From the NCBI GenBank assembly GCA_023129325.1, contig JAGMCI010000012.1:37850-101849 (forward strand): DNA of 64,000 nucleotides, read 5' to 3'. This document shows positions 8,844-18,183 of this stretch, piece by piece. Origin of the DNA: a candidate division WOR-3 bacterium (GTDB lineage Bacteria; Hydrothermota; UBA3073; JACQXS01; JAGMCI01). Each line of letters starts with the position of its first letter. Position 1 is the stretch's first letter. The notes beneath the pieces were generated by a model, which saw nothing but the letters and a program-made list of their open reading frames with translations, did no database searches and was not told where the DNA came from. The position numbers and the translations under genes are program-made.

Positions 8844-9356
8844 TTATTTCTTGTATATCACTCTTCCTTCCTTAGTTTCTACCTCTATTTTTTCAGGGAC
8901 CACACCGTCAAAATCCATAACAAGTCGCATCACATCTTCTGATGATTTAGCTTTAAGTAATGCCTCCTTTAATACCTTTGATTTTAAGAACCTTGCGACT
9001 TTTGCTACAGCTTGTAAATACTCTTTGCGTGCCTCAATTGGGGCAGCAATCATAAAAATTAAGTGAACTGACTTCTTATCAAGAGCCTTAAAATCAACAC
9101 CTTCCTCTGACTTTCCGAAAGCTACTTTAAGCTCCTTTGCCGTATCAGACCTCCCGTGAGGAATGGCAATACCACTCCCAATAGCCGTTGACTCTATTTC
9201 TTCCCTTTTCTTAATGACCTGAAGGAATTTATCTTTATCAGTCACAATCCCCTTGTTCACAAATAATTCTACAAGCCCCTCAATAACTGCAAACTTATCT
9301 TTAGAGACAAGATTGCAATTTATGAGCTTCTCATCTATTAGTTCTTGTAATAACAT
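8844..9356 (-). CDS. ptsN: PTS EIIA type-2 (PtsN / nitrogen-regulatory IIA-like) domain protein.
   Basis: Active-site histidine motif GIAIPHGR and the overall EIIA(Fru/Ntr) layout. RBS aaggagg precedes the start. Confidence 0.7.
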   Translation of the reverse strand: MLLQELIDEKLINCNLVSKDKFAVIEGLVELFVNKGIVTDKDKFLQVIKKREEIESTAIGSGIAIPHGRSDTAKELKVAFGKSEEGVDFKALDKKSVHLIFMIAAPIEARKEYLQAVAKVARFLKSKVLKEALLKAKSSEDVMRLVMDFDGVVPEKIEVETKEGRVIYKK

Positions 9357-9391
9357 AACCCCTCCTTTAGTTAATTAGTCCATATTTAGGT

Positions 9392-10606
9392 TCATTTAAC
9401 TTTTATCTCTGCCTCTCCTGCATGCCGTATGGCAAAAACAGTAGCTAATGGTCCTATTATTTCATTTACCGCTATTGAAGCTAAAATAATATTTATCATC
9501 ATATCACCATATACTTTAAAGCCTGGATTTTCATAAGCAATAAGAACAAGCCCAATAGCCACACCTGCCTGGGGTAAGAGAGTAAGCCCAAGATATTTTT
9601 TTACTGCCACAGGTGCACCTGAGACAACGCCTCCAATAGAAGCTCCAGCAATCTTACCTACAGCTCTGGCAACTATAAATACCAGCCCTAAAAGTCCGAC
9701 CTTAATGAGTGTTCCTACTCTCAAATAAGTCCCTGAAAGAGCAAAAAAGGCAGCATAAAGTGGAGGCGTAAAATTATCTAAAACTGATATAAAACGCTGG
9801 TCTCTTTTTAAGCCATTTATAATTATAAAACCACTCACCATATTTGCAAGTAAGAGAGATAATTTTAAAAAAATAGCAATCCCACTTACAACACAAATTA
9901 TTCCTAAACTCATTATCAAAAATCCTGCCGCTGAACGTATATATCCTGATATAAGTCTCAACAGAAAACCAAAAGCTATTCCTAAAGCTAATGAACCCAC
10001 AATCTCAATAAAAGGAATACTGATTGCCTTTAAATGAGTTAAACTCCCTGAAGTAGATGAGAGAGCTGTGGCATTACATATTCCAAAGATAATAATAGCT
10101 AATGCATCATCAAGAGCCACTACTGCCAGAGCTGTGGTAGTCAAGGGTCCTTTTGCTTTTAATTCATTCATAACTGCAAGAGTCGCGGCTGGAGCAGTAG
10201 CAGTCCCTATTGCACCCATAACAAGAGCAAATGGAAGTATTGAGCCTTGAAAATTGACAATTTTTGATATATATGGAGAGAGTAAAAGGATACTGAAGGT
10301 AACAAAGACAAAGGCGCCAATCCCTTGAAGTAGAGTTATTAACAAAACATTTTTACCAAGTTTTCCAATCCTTTTTATGTCCAGGCTCCCTCCAATCGCA
10401 AAAGCAATAACTCCTAAAGCAATGTCCACAACCCAATTAAGTTCTTCTTCTAAAATTATCTTCGGAATAAGGTGAAAGCAGGATGGCCCAATTAAAATCC
10501 CAGCAATAATGTAGCCTGTGACTTCAGGAATCTTGACTTTTCTTGCTAATCTACCACCTAAATATCCAACTACAAGAAGTATGCCTATGGCGAAAACAAT
10601 GCTCAA
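9392..10606 (-). CDS. Cation:proton antiporter (Na+/H+ exchanger, CPA family).
   Basis: ~11-12 hydrophobic segments. N-terminal GYLGGRLARKVKIPEVTGYIIAGILIGP is characteristic of Na_H_exchanger family proteins. The start overlaps the purF stop (ATGA). Confidence 0.75.
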   Translation of the reverse strand: MSIVFAIGILLVVGYLGGRLARKVKIPEVTGYIIAGILIGPSCFHLIPKIILEEELNWVVDIALGVIAFAIGGSLDIKRIGKLGKNVLLITLLQGIGAFVFVTFSILLLSPYISKIVNFQGSILPFALVMGAIGTATAPAATLAVMNELKAKGPLTTTALAVVALDDALAIIIFGICNATALSSTSGSLTHLKAISIPFIEIVGSLALGIAFGFLLRLISGYIRSAAGFLIMSLGIICVVSGIAIFLKLSLLLANMVSGFIIINGLKRDQRFISVLDNFTPPLYAAFFALSGTYLRVGTLIKVGLLGLVFIVARAVGKIAGASIGGVVSGAPVAVKKYLGLTLLPQAGVAIGLVLIAYENPGFKVYGDMMINIILASIAVNEIIGPLATVFAIRHAGEAEIKVK

Positions 10607-12135
10607 CTCAGTCGTATCCTTTCCTTCTCAATTCTCTTTATTTCTTTAACTGGGATTTGGGTTGGATAATTACCCGTGAAACAGGCAGTGCAATAAGAAT
10701 TTTTTGCACTTCTGACTTCTGTATCACCAACAGCCCTTAACATACCTTCAAGAGATTGATAAATGAGTTCATCAACCCCAATTTGTGCCTTTATTTCAGA
10801 AATGCTCTTTTCTCGGGCTATAAAGTCTTGCTTCGTTTGCATATCAATCCCATAGAAACAAGGATATTTAAGGGGTGGACAGGATGAAATAAAATATATC
10901 TTCTTGGCACCCGCCTTCCTCACTAAAGATGTGATGGCTTTGGATGTGGTGCCACGAACAATAGAATCGTCTACTAATAATACCTTCTTTCCCTGTATTT
11001 CTTGTTTTACAGGATTAAGTTTGTACCTTACATATTCTAATCTCCTTTCGTCCCTTGGCATTATAAAAGTCCTGGCTACATACCTATTTTTTATAAGGCC
11101 CTCCCTGTAAGGAACACCAAGAGTATTGGCTAAAGATAAAGCAGTTGCCCTGGCTGTATCTGGCACAGGAATTACAACATCCGGTTTAAGACCAGACTTT
11201 TTTATCTTCTTAGCAAGCTCTTCGCCAAGTCTTAATCTGGTCTCATATACAGATACATTGTCAAGAACAGAATCAGGCCTTGCAAAATAAATATATTCAA
11301 AAATGCAATGCCTTGGACTCGGTGGCTTAATAACTTTTGAAATGACTTTCCCTTTAAGGTCTATAAGTATTGCCTCACCTGGATTTACATCCCTGATTTC
11401 ATCATAGCCAAGAGTGTCAAGAGCAACTGATTCAGATGCAAAACAAAAATTATTAAATTTGGACCCCTCAGCTGGGTAGGTTGAAAGGGACCCCCCAGTT
11501 GGGTAGGTTGAAGCCTCTGCTTCAACCTTGCATCCAAATTTTAAAGGCTTTATACCATGAGGGTCTCTAAAAGCAAGAAGTCCAATATTGGCAATGAAAG
11601 AGATGCAGGAATAACTTCCAGTTACTCTTTCCATCACTCTTTTAACAGCTTCAAAAACAGGTTTTTCCCCACCTATGGATGGAGCCCACATATTGGTCTC
11701 AAGTTCAGAAGCGAGAACATTTAAGATAATCTCAACATCACTTTTCGTATTTATGTGGCGATGTCGCTTATTCACAAGCCATTTCCTTAAACTCTCATAA
11801 TTTATGACATTCCCATTATGAGCTATGGCTATGCCAAAAGGAGTATTTGTATAAAAAGGTTGCGCATCCTCAGGGTCCCCAGCTCCAATTGTCGGATACC
11901 GAACATGACCAATCCCGATTGAACCCTTAAGTCGAGTCAGGTCTTGCGGATTAAAAAGGCTCTGGACAGTCCCTTTGCCTTTTTTTAAATAAAATCTACC
12001 ATCCTTATTCGCAGAATGCTGTGCATAAGTTATAATTCCAGCCGCATCCTGCCCCCTATGCTGTATAGCAATCAGCCCAAGCCAGAGCTTGGAAGCTACA
12101 TCACGCTCGCCAAATATCCCAATAACACCACACAT
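10603..12135 (-). CDS. purF: Amidophosphoribosyltransferase (glutamine PRPP amidotransferase). It contains an in-frame repeat insertion at 11470-11527.
   Basis: N-terminal MCGVIGIFG (Ntn cysteine). PRTase motif VLLVDDSIVRGTT. A C-terminal CxxC cluster is present. The inserted segment KVEAEASTYPTGGSLSTYPAEGS is encoded by a duplicated repeat element. Confidence 0.9.
   Translation of the reverse strand: MCGVIGIFGERDVASKLWLGLIAIQHRGQDAAGIITYAQHSANKDGRFYLKKGKGTVQSLFNPQDLTRLKGSIGIGHVRYPTIGAGDPEDAQPFYTNTPFGIAIAHNGNVINYESLRKWLVNKRHRHINTKSDVEIILNVLASELETNMWAPSIGGEKPVFEAVKRVMERVTGSYSCISFIANIGLLAFRDPHGIKPLKFGCKVEAEASTYPTGGSLSTYPAEGSKFNNFCFASESVALDTLGYDEIRDVNPGEAILIDLKGKVISKVIKPPSPRHCIFEYIYFARPDSVLDNVSVYETRLRLGEELAKKIKKSGLKPDVVIPVPDTARATALSLANTLGVPYREGLIKNRYVARTFIMPRDERRLEYVRYKLNPVKQEIQGKKVLLVDDSIVRGTTSKAITSLVRKAGAKKIYFISSCPPLKYPCFYGIDMQTKQDFIAREKSISEIKAQIGVDELIYQSLEGMLRAVGDTEVRSAKNSYCTACFTGNYPTQIPVKEIKRIEKERIRLS
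11470..11527 (-). repeat. Family G hairpin element (GGGTAGGTTGAAGCCTCTGCTTCAAC), duplicated and in-frame in purF.
   Basis: Perfect 8-bp stem GTTGAAGC/GCTTCAAC. Other copies at 3735-3760 (in C25, encodes EAEASTYP) and 37713-37738 (intergenic). Confidence 0.8.
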
Positions 12136-12360
12136 ATCAATTAAAATTTTACACTTCTTTTACCTGTTGTCAAGTTTTTTAGTATTTAAAGTTCAAAAAT
12201 ATGGAAAGTAACGATTGTATCGTTGTTTGCTTCGTTTTTTACTCCAAAGATTGCAGACTTTAGGATAAGGCTTTAGCCTTGCTAATGGATTGCTCAGTTT
12301 TGCTAATTAACCAATTAACTAATTCACCAATCAACTATTTTAACCCTCTGTGCCCTCCCT

Positions 12361-12411
12361 CCCTGCCTGCCCCGCTCCGATAAGCGAAGCGGGACGGAGA
12401 CGGCAAGGCAG
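12361..12411 (+). repeat. Family A element, intergenic, in the divergent purF / DUF218 promoter region.
   Basis: Same 51-bp consensus. Confidence 0.85.
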
Positions 12412-12464
12412 GTGTGGTTGTTTTTCTTGACTTTTAGGAGTTGATGATGTAAATTACTAAAATA

Positions 12465-13112
12465 ATGATACGCACTCATCGCACAGGAATAGTTAAGGGA
12501 TTTTTGCTCTGCCTTTTATCTATTATAATAATTCTTGCTGCCCTTTCCTGCATTTACTTTTTCCATATCTATTCATTCCTCTCATATGAAAAGATATTTA
12601 AAACAGATACCGTCGTTGTTGAGGGCTGGATAAGTAATTCTGAGATGAGACAATCAGCAAATAATATACTCTCTAATAATGTGAAAAGAGTAATAGTGCC
12701 CGGTGATAAAGCTGAATTAGCCCTAATACATTATCCAGTAAATAATTATGCTGATATAGGACGTTTGCGTCTAATTGATTGTGGGGTAAATGAAGAAAAA
12801 ATTATTACTTGCCCCTTTGAAACCAAACGGAATCGTACATTAAACGCTGCTGTATATGTGAAAAAAATAATTCAAAAAAAGGGTATAAAGTCATTTATTA
12901 TTTTCACCGAGGATGTGCATGCCAGAAAAACTTATGTCTCATATAAAAAGGTATTTGGGAACAAATATAAAATTGGTGTTATGCCCATACCTAACGATGT
13001 ATTTGATAATAAAAATTGGTATAAATCAAGTGAAGGGATGAAAACAGTAATTACTGAATCAATTGCATATATATATTTAGTTTGCTTCCAGAGATTTAAG
13101 CACTGGGAATGA
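12465..13112 (+). CDS. DUF218 (SanA/YdcF/ElyC-like) membrane-anchored protein.
   Basis: N-terminal TM. The core resembles SanA (…KSFIIFTEDVHARKTY vs SanA …DFIIITQRFHCERAL). Own promoter TTGACT-17-TAAATT at 12427-12455. Confidence 0.55.
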   Translation: MIRTHRTGIVKGFLLCLLSIIIILAALSCIYFFHIYSFLSYEKIFKTDTVVVEGWISNSEMRQSANNILSNNVKRVIVPGDKAELALIHYPVNNYADIGRLRLIDCGVNEEKIITCPFETKRNRTLNAAVYVKKIIQKKGIKSFIIFTEDVHARKTYVSYKKVFGNKYKIGVMPIPNDVFDNKNWYKSSEGMKTVITESIAYIYLVCFQRFKHWE

Positions 13113-13223
13113 AGAGACCGCACTCTTTTTAATTTAAAGTATCTCACACGAGTCCGTGACTTTAAGGCTTTGGAATGGAGTTAAGAAGGTTTTTAAATTT
13201 TTTTTAAAAATTGCGAAAAAAAC

Positions 13224-13251
13224 TTGACATTAATAAAACTGATGATAAAGT
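13224..13251 (+). promoter_or_regulatory. Sigma70-type promoter (TTGACA-16-TAAAGT) with an A-rich upstream element, serving the three-gene cassette.
   Basis: aaaaaaacTTGACAttaataaaactgatgaTAAAGT. The same aaaaaacTTGACA architecture recurs at 15278, 52266, 57716, 61117, 38728 and 12427. Confidence 0.45.
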
Positions 13252-13277
13252 AGTCTACAGGAAAGTATTCAAAAACA

Positions 13278-13997
13278 ATGCCCTTAAAAACCCAAAAACT
13301 TGTACCCTCTAAAAAATTCCAGAGGGGATTTCAAATAGAAGCCATATATAATCTTGTAAAGCAGGACAAATATGATAGATATTCATACACTCAAAGACCT
13401 TCATATATGGATTCCAATCTTCCTTTGTTTGTGGCATCACCTGAAACTTCAGAGAAGGTATTTACATTTCTGGGTAAAACAGTAGGATTCCAATTTGGTG
13501 CTATTATTCTTAAGGAAGTCAGTGAGTATCTGACCAAGAAATATTCTCTTCCAGAAGTAAATCTTCTACGTATTAAAAAAGGAGAAATACAAAAATATAA
13601 AGATTTCCGTGGGCATTTAGAGAATTGCGACAAGAAAATGATTTCTTGGATAGTAAAATCTATCACCGAGGAGTTTGAAAGAACAACAAATAAGCTTTCT
13701 CTCCGTAAATTTGATGAATTCACACAATTTTGTAATATATGCAATGATTTTATTGAATGGTTTAAAGACATAAGAGCCCAAAGCTCCAAAGATGAAGTTC
13801 TTGCTGACACTTATTCCTTGTTACACAAGGTCACAAAACACTATAGCAGTAGACTTAATAAGAATAACCTAATACATTTTGGCTTTGCCGAGAAAGTTGA
13901 TTTTGTTTTAGAGAGTTATGAAATTTCTGAAAGCTGGAGTCCTCAGAGAAAAGAAATAAAATTTACTTCTACTAAAATATCATTTCAAGGTATATAA
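13278..13997 (+). CDS. Hypothetical protein, first gene of a three-gene cassette.
   Basis: 239-aa ORF with no motif I recognise. Promoter TTGACA-16-TAAAGT at 13224-13251. AT-rich codon usage. Confidence 0.4.
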   Translation: MPLKTQKLVPSKKFQRGFQIEAIYNLVKQDKYDRYSYTQRPSYMDSNLPLFVASPETSEKVFTFLGKTVGFQFGAIILKEVSEYLTKKYSLPEVNLLRIKKGEIQKYKDFRGHLENCDKKMISWIVKSITEEFERTTNKLSLRKFDEFTQFCNICNDFIEWFKDIRAQSSKDEVLADTYSLLHKVTKHYSSRLNKNNLIHFGFAEKVDFVLESYEISESWSPQRKEIKFTSTKISFQGI

Positions 13998-14003
13998 TAG
14001 GCA

Positions 14004-14459
14004 ATGGCTAAAGTAAAGTCTACTATAGAACTCATCGAAAAGGAATCGCTTGATATAAAAGTTAAGAGAATAACTCTGGAGAAATTGAGTTTTGAGAAAA
14101 AGCATAGTTTTAATGATAGCACATCTACTAAATACCATTTGGAAATTGGTGGTACTGTTTTGAAAAAGTCTGACAAAAATATGACAGCATGTTTACACAA
14201 ATTTGATGTGGAGTTTTTCGAGACCAAAAAGAAAAAGGCACCCTTTTCACTTTCTGTTGTGTTAAAAGTAATTTATGAGTACAAAGAAGTACTAACTGAC
14301 AAGCAGATAAAAAACTTTCTTAGAAGTTATGCCATACCAATAATATGGCCCCATGCTCGTGAAATCATAAGTTCACTCACGATACGTGCAGGATTCCCAC
14401 CTTTATTTCTCCCAATCCTTAAATTACCTGCAGAAATGACGATTACTAATTCAAAGTGA
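14004..14459 (+). CDS. SecB-like chaperone.
   Basis: Matches E. coli SecB in two regions: VKRITLEKLSFEKK versus IQRIYTKDISFEAP, and YAIPIIWPHAREIISSLTIRAGFPPLFLP versus [30 protein letters not shown]. Lies 6 nt after the upstream gene and overlaps the downstream gene by 4 nt. Confidence 0.65.
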   Translation: MAKVKSTIELIEKESLDIKVKRITLEKLSFEKKHSFNDSTSTKYHLEIGGTVLKKSDKNMTACLHKFDVEFFETKKKKAPFSLSVVLKVIYEYKEVLTDKQIKNFLRSYAIPIIWPHAREIISSLTIRAGFPPLFLPILKLPAEMTITNSK

Positions 14460-15190
14460 GTATTTCTTTTCAAAAAGCTCCTAATAACCACGATAGCTTG
14501 AAAAACCAGACTATTCATAACATATGTGATTTTATCATTGATAATCCAGATTATTTAGATGAACTTGATCAATTACTTTCCAAGAAAAACTTAGAAAAAA
14601 TAGGTAAATATATAAATTACTTTAGACGAAGACAAAGGCAAATAACTTATAAGGCTGCTACCTACATTGATTTAATAGAGGAACTTTGTAATCTTAATAA
14701 TAATATCATTATACACGTGGAAGCTGCGATCTTAGAACTTCTTCTTGAAAAGCTTATAAGACGACAATTGAAACCCCACAACCCACTTATTGAAACCGAA
14801 TGTTTCGTCTTCTATAATGGCAACAAGATAGAAATTGGAGAAGCTGGTGAAGGAAACATTGATGTATGTGCATATTTAGCAAGTCATAATCGTGGTTTTT
14901 TCTATGAATGCAAAATAAATGTGATTAACTTCTTATTTCCACCTTACAGGTCTACTATGAGCAGGAAAGACAGAAAGTGGATGAATTCTTTCGATCATAT
15001 ACCCTCTGAAGTGGGAGATAACAAGATATTGTTGAGACTTGCAACTATGTACAAAAGAATTGGATGTGAAAATGCTGGAGTAGATACAAAATTAAAAGAG
15101 AGTTGGCTAAATGTAAAAGCTTTCTGTTATGAGGATATTGAATTTCTTCTCAGCAGCGAGGCCGAAATTGGAGATTTTAGCCCCCTCTGA
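14456..15190 (+). CDS. Hypothetical protein with a possible PD-(D/E)xK nuclease-like motif.
   Basis: E(98)...GNIDVCAY...FYECKIN spacing fits a helix-E / strand-D / strand-ExK restriction-endonuclease-like core. This is inference from motif spacing only. Confidence 0.35.
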   Translation: MSISFQKAPNNHDSLKNQTIHNICDFIIDNPDYLDELDQLLSKKNLEKIGKYINYFRRRQRQITYKAATYIDLIEELCNLNNNIIIHVEAAILELLLEKLIRRQLKPHNPLIETECFVFYNGNKIEIGEAGEGNIDVCAYLASHNRGFFYECKINVINFLFPPYRSTMSRKDRKWMNSFDHIPSEVGDNKILLRLATMYKRIGCENAGVDTKLKESWLNVKAFCYEDIEFLLSSEAEIGDFSPL

Positions 15191-15419
15191 ACAAAAGTTA
15201 TCCTGAAACATTTTAACTTTTCTTTATTCTCACACAATCCAAAATTCAGCAGTTTTTATTAAATGTTGAAAAAAAACTTGACAAATAAAAAATTTGTGTT
15301 AAAATTACAAAAGGAGGTAATATAAGAGTCTTTTAAGGTATGTGAGTTTATGGAGTGCATTACCTTGGTAATGCAACTAAATTGACTTATATGCCTTATA
15401 AAGACTCTATTTTTATATT

Positions 15420-15875
15420 ATGATAGAAGGAGTAAAAATAAAAAAGTTGCGTGTAATTCCTGATGAAAGAGGAAGGTTAATGGAAATATTACGCTCTGAT
15501 GATTCACTATTTTCCCGCTTTGGTCAGGTCTATATGACTACGGCATATCCTGGTGTAGTAAAAGGCTGGCACTATCATAAAAAACAATTTGACAATATGG
15601 CTTGTATAAAAGGAATGATGAAAATTGTGCTCTATGACTCCAGAAAGGATTCAAAAACTTACGAAGAGGTGAATGAGTTTTTTGCAGGTGAACATAATCC
15701 AGTTCTTGTTCATATTCCTCCTTATGTATATCATGGTTTTAAGTGCATATCTCAAGAAGAGGCAATTGCAATAAATATACCTACTGAAACTTACAATTAT
15801 AATAATCCAGATGAATTCAGGGTTGACCCCTACGATAATGATATACCTTATGATTGGAAAAGAAAAGAAGGATAA
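15420..15875 (+). CDS. Cupin-fold dTDP-sugar epimerase/isomerase (RmlC / FdtA-like).
   Basis: ~150-aa cupin with DERG...L.E..R and HYHK motifs similar to dTDP-4-dehydrorhamnose 3,5-epimerase-related proteins. Own promoter at 15278-15305. Confidence 0.55.
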   Translation: MIEGVKIKKLRVIPDERGRLMEILRSDDSLFSRFGQVYMTTAYPGVVKGWHYHKKQFDNMACIKGMMKIVLYDSRKDSKTYEEVNEFFAGEHNPVLVHIPPYVYHGFKCISQEEAIAINIPTETYNYNNPDEFRVDPYDNDIPYDWKRKEG

Positions 15876-15903
15876 GAAATCAATGCAAAGTTAGCAATTA
15901 TCA

Positions 15904-16266
15904 ATGAGTAAAAAGAAAATTTCTGGAAATGATTTGGCAGAGCGTTTACTTGACTTCGCAGTGAGAGTCATTAAACTTGTAAATACTTTGCCGAAGACAG
16001 CTGTGGGGAAACATGTTGGAGGACAGCTTATGCGTGCGGGAACATCTGCAGGCTCGAATTATGAAGAAGCATGTGGTGCTGAATCCAGGCCTGACTTCGT
16101 TCATAAATTAGGTATTGCACTAAAGGAACTCAAAGAATCTCGCTTTTGGCTACGGGTCATTCACCGGGTTGAACTTATTGCTCCTCAACGTGTTGAGTCA
16201 CTGCTTCAGGAGTGTGAAGAATTATGTGCTATTATCGCAAAAAGCATCCTTACAGCAAAAAGGTGA
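15904..16266 (+). CDS. Four-helix-bundle protein of the 23S rRNA-intervening-sequence protein family.
   Basis: 120-aa helical protein; GTSAGSNYEEACGAESRPDFVHKLGIALKELKESRFWLRV matches the TIGR02436 family signature. A ~50-bp copy of its 5' end recurs at 35960-36010. Confidence 0.55.
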   Translation: MSKKKISGNDLAERLLDFAVRVIKLVNTLPKTAVGKHVGGQLMRAGTSAGSNYEEACGAESRPDFVHKLGIALKELKESRFWLRVIHRVELIAPQRVESLLQECEELCAIIAKSILTAKR

Positions 16267-16315
16267 ACTAATCATTTTAAAATGCTAATTGCTAATTTTA
16301 AATTGAATCTTTAAT

Positions 16316-17338
16316 ATGAAACTTTTAGTAACCGGTGGCGCAGGTTTCATAGGGAGTAATTTCGTAAATTTGGTGCTCCGTGAGCATCCTAATGTGAACC
16401 TCACTGTGCTTGATGCTTTGACTTATTGTGGAAACTTAGATAATTTTTCGAAAGAAGTGTGGGAGAATAAAAAATTCTCTTTTTGCCACGGTAATATTCT
16501 GGACAAGGATTTAGTTTTTAAGCTAATGAAAAATCAGGATATAGTTGTTCATTTTGCTGCCTGGACTCATATAGACCGCTCAATTTCTCTCTCTGACCCT
16601 TTTATTGATACGGATTTCAAAGGGACACAAGTTTTACTTGAAGCAATAAGAAAAGAGCCTGTCAAGAGGTTTGTTCACATTTCTACATCTGAAGTTTATG
16701 GTTCAGCTCAATATGCACCAATGGATGAAAATCACCCAATAGCTCCTCAATCTCCATATGCAGCAGCAAAGGCAGGTGCTGACAGGCTTGTATATTCATA
16801 TTGGATGACTTATAAACTACCTGTAGTAATTATAAGACCATTTAATAATTATGGACCAAATCAATATCCAGAAAAGCTAATCCCTTATTTCATCACTAAT
16901 GCGATGAAAAATAAGTCTCTTCCTGTTTATGGAAATGGCAAGAATACCAGGGATTGGCTCTGGGTTGAAGATTGCGTGAAAGGTGTTTGGGCTACTGTTG
17001 AGAAAGAAGGAATTGAAGGAGAAATTATAAATTTAGGCTCAGGAAAAGATTATTCAATTCTTGATATAGCATACTCTATCTTAAATGAACTTAAAAAACC
17101 AGAATCTCTTATTGAATTTGTTGGTGATAGACCAGGTCATGTAAAAAAGCTTGTTACCTCTTGTGACAAAGCAAAAACTCTTTTAGATTGGTCTCCACAA
17201 GTTTCCTTTGAAAAGGGTATTAAGAGAACAATTGACTGGTATAAAAACAATCCAAAATGGTGGGAAAAAATTAAAAAGAAAAAAGAATTTAAAGACTTTG
17301 AGAAAGGGTGGTATAAAAAATTAAGGGGAAGTAAATGA
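16316..17338 (+). CDS. rfbB: dTDP-glucose 4,6-dehydratase.
   Basis: TGGAGFIGSNFV Rossmann motif. SDR catalytic YAAAKAGAD (YxxxK). Length ~340 aa. Confidence 0.85.
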   Translation: MKLLVTGGAGFIGSNFVNLVLREHPNVNLTVLDALTYCGNLDNFSKEVWENKKFSFCHGNILDKDLVFKLMKNQDIVVHFAAWTHIDRSISLSDPFIDTDFKGTQVLLEAIRKEPVKRFVHISTSEVYGSAQYAPMDENHPIAPQSPYAAAKAGADRLVYSYWMTYKLPVVIIRPFNNYGPNQYPEKLIPYFITNAMKNKSLPVYGNGKNTRDWLWVEDCVKGVWATVEKEGIEGEIINLGSGKDYSILDIAYSILNELKKPESLIEFVGDRPGHVKKLVTSCDKAKTLLDWSPQVSFEKGIKRTIDWYKNNPKWWEKIKKKKEFKDFEKGWYKKLRGSK

Positions 17339-18177
17339 TACTATTGCTTTTGACATTCTTAACATTAAATAACTATGTGCTTCAACCAAATGATGTAGTT
17401 ACTATAAGTATTTCAGGAGGAGTAAATTTTACTTATAATCAAACTATATCTCCTCAAGGAAGTATTTTGATTCAATGGATACCTCCTTCTTCAGTCAGCA
17501 TGGCTTCTAAGAAAGAATCATACCAACCACTTGATAGAATTCAAGAATGGCAAGTTTTAAAAATTGTTCATATTGCAGGACTCTCTATAGAAGAGGCAAA
17601 ATTATTGATTGAAGAGAACTTCAAAGAGTATTTTAAAAACATTAGTCTTTCACTGACCGTGGCAAGTTTTAGTGATTTAGTATATGTGACTGGGAGAGTG
17701 CATAGTTCTCGTGGCTATCCTTATTCTTCAGGTAAATCTGTAAGAGAATATATTGAAGTAGCAGGAGGTCCTCTAAAGTCAGCGGATTTTAAAAGAATAA
17801 GAATTGAAAGAAAAGGCGGGAATATTATAGAGGATTCTCTCGAGCTTATAGTAGAACCTGGTGACATCATTACTGTTCCTGAAGCTCTTGTTTATATAAG
17901 AGGAGAGGTGCGAGCACCACGAGCATTTTCGTATGACCCAGATTTAAAGGTAGAAGATTATATAGGTATGAGTGGAGGACCAACAGATAGGGCAAGTTTT
18001 GGAAAGAGTTATATCATTAAGAGAAATGGGGAGAAAGTATCTCTTAAGGATGCGACTATTGATAAAGGAGATACAATTGTAATAGGAAAAGTAACTTTCA
18101 AGTGGTGGCAAGACTATCTTACCGTTGCATCTACTATTACAAGTATTGTGATTGCCTGGTTAACAATACGTAATTAA
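17335..18177 (+). CDS. Polysaccharide export protein (Wza-like, SLBB domain).
   Basis: Polysacc_synt/SLBB-like segments (GDVVTISI..., GDIITVPE, GDTIVIGK). Overlaps rfbB by 4 nt. Confidence 0.5.
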   Translation: MILLLLTFLTLNNYVLQPNDVVTISISGGVNFTYNQTISPQGSILIQWIPPSSVSMASKKESYQPLDRIQEWQVLKIVHIAGLSIEEAKLLIEENFKEYFKNISLSLTVASFSDLVYVTGRVHSSRGYPYSSGKSVREYIEVAGGPLKSADFKRIRIERKGGNIIEDSLELIVEPGDIITVPEALVYIRGEVRAPRAFSYDPDLKVEDYIGMSGGPTDRASFGKSYIIKRNGEKVSLKDATIDKGDTIVIGKVTFKWWQDYLTVASTITSIVIAWLTIRN

Positions 18178-18183
18178 GTTATT

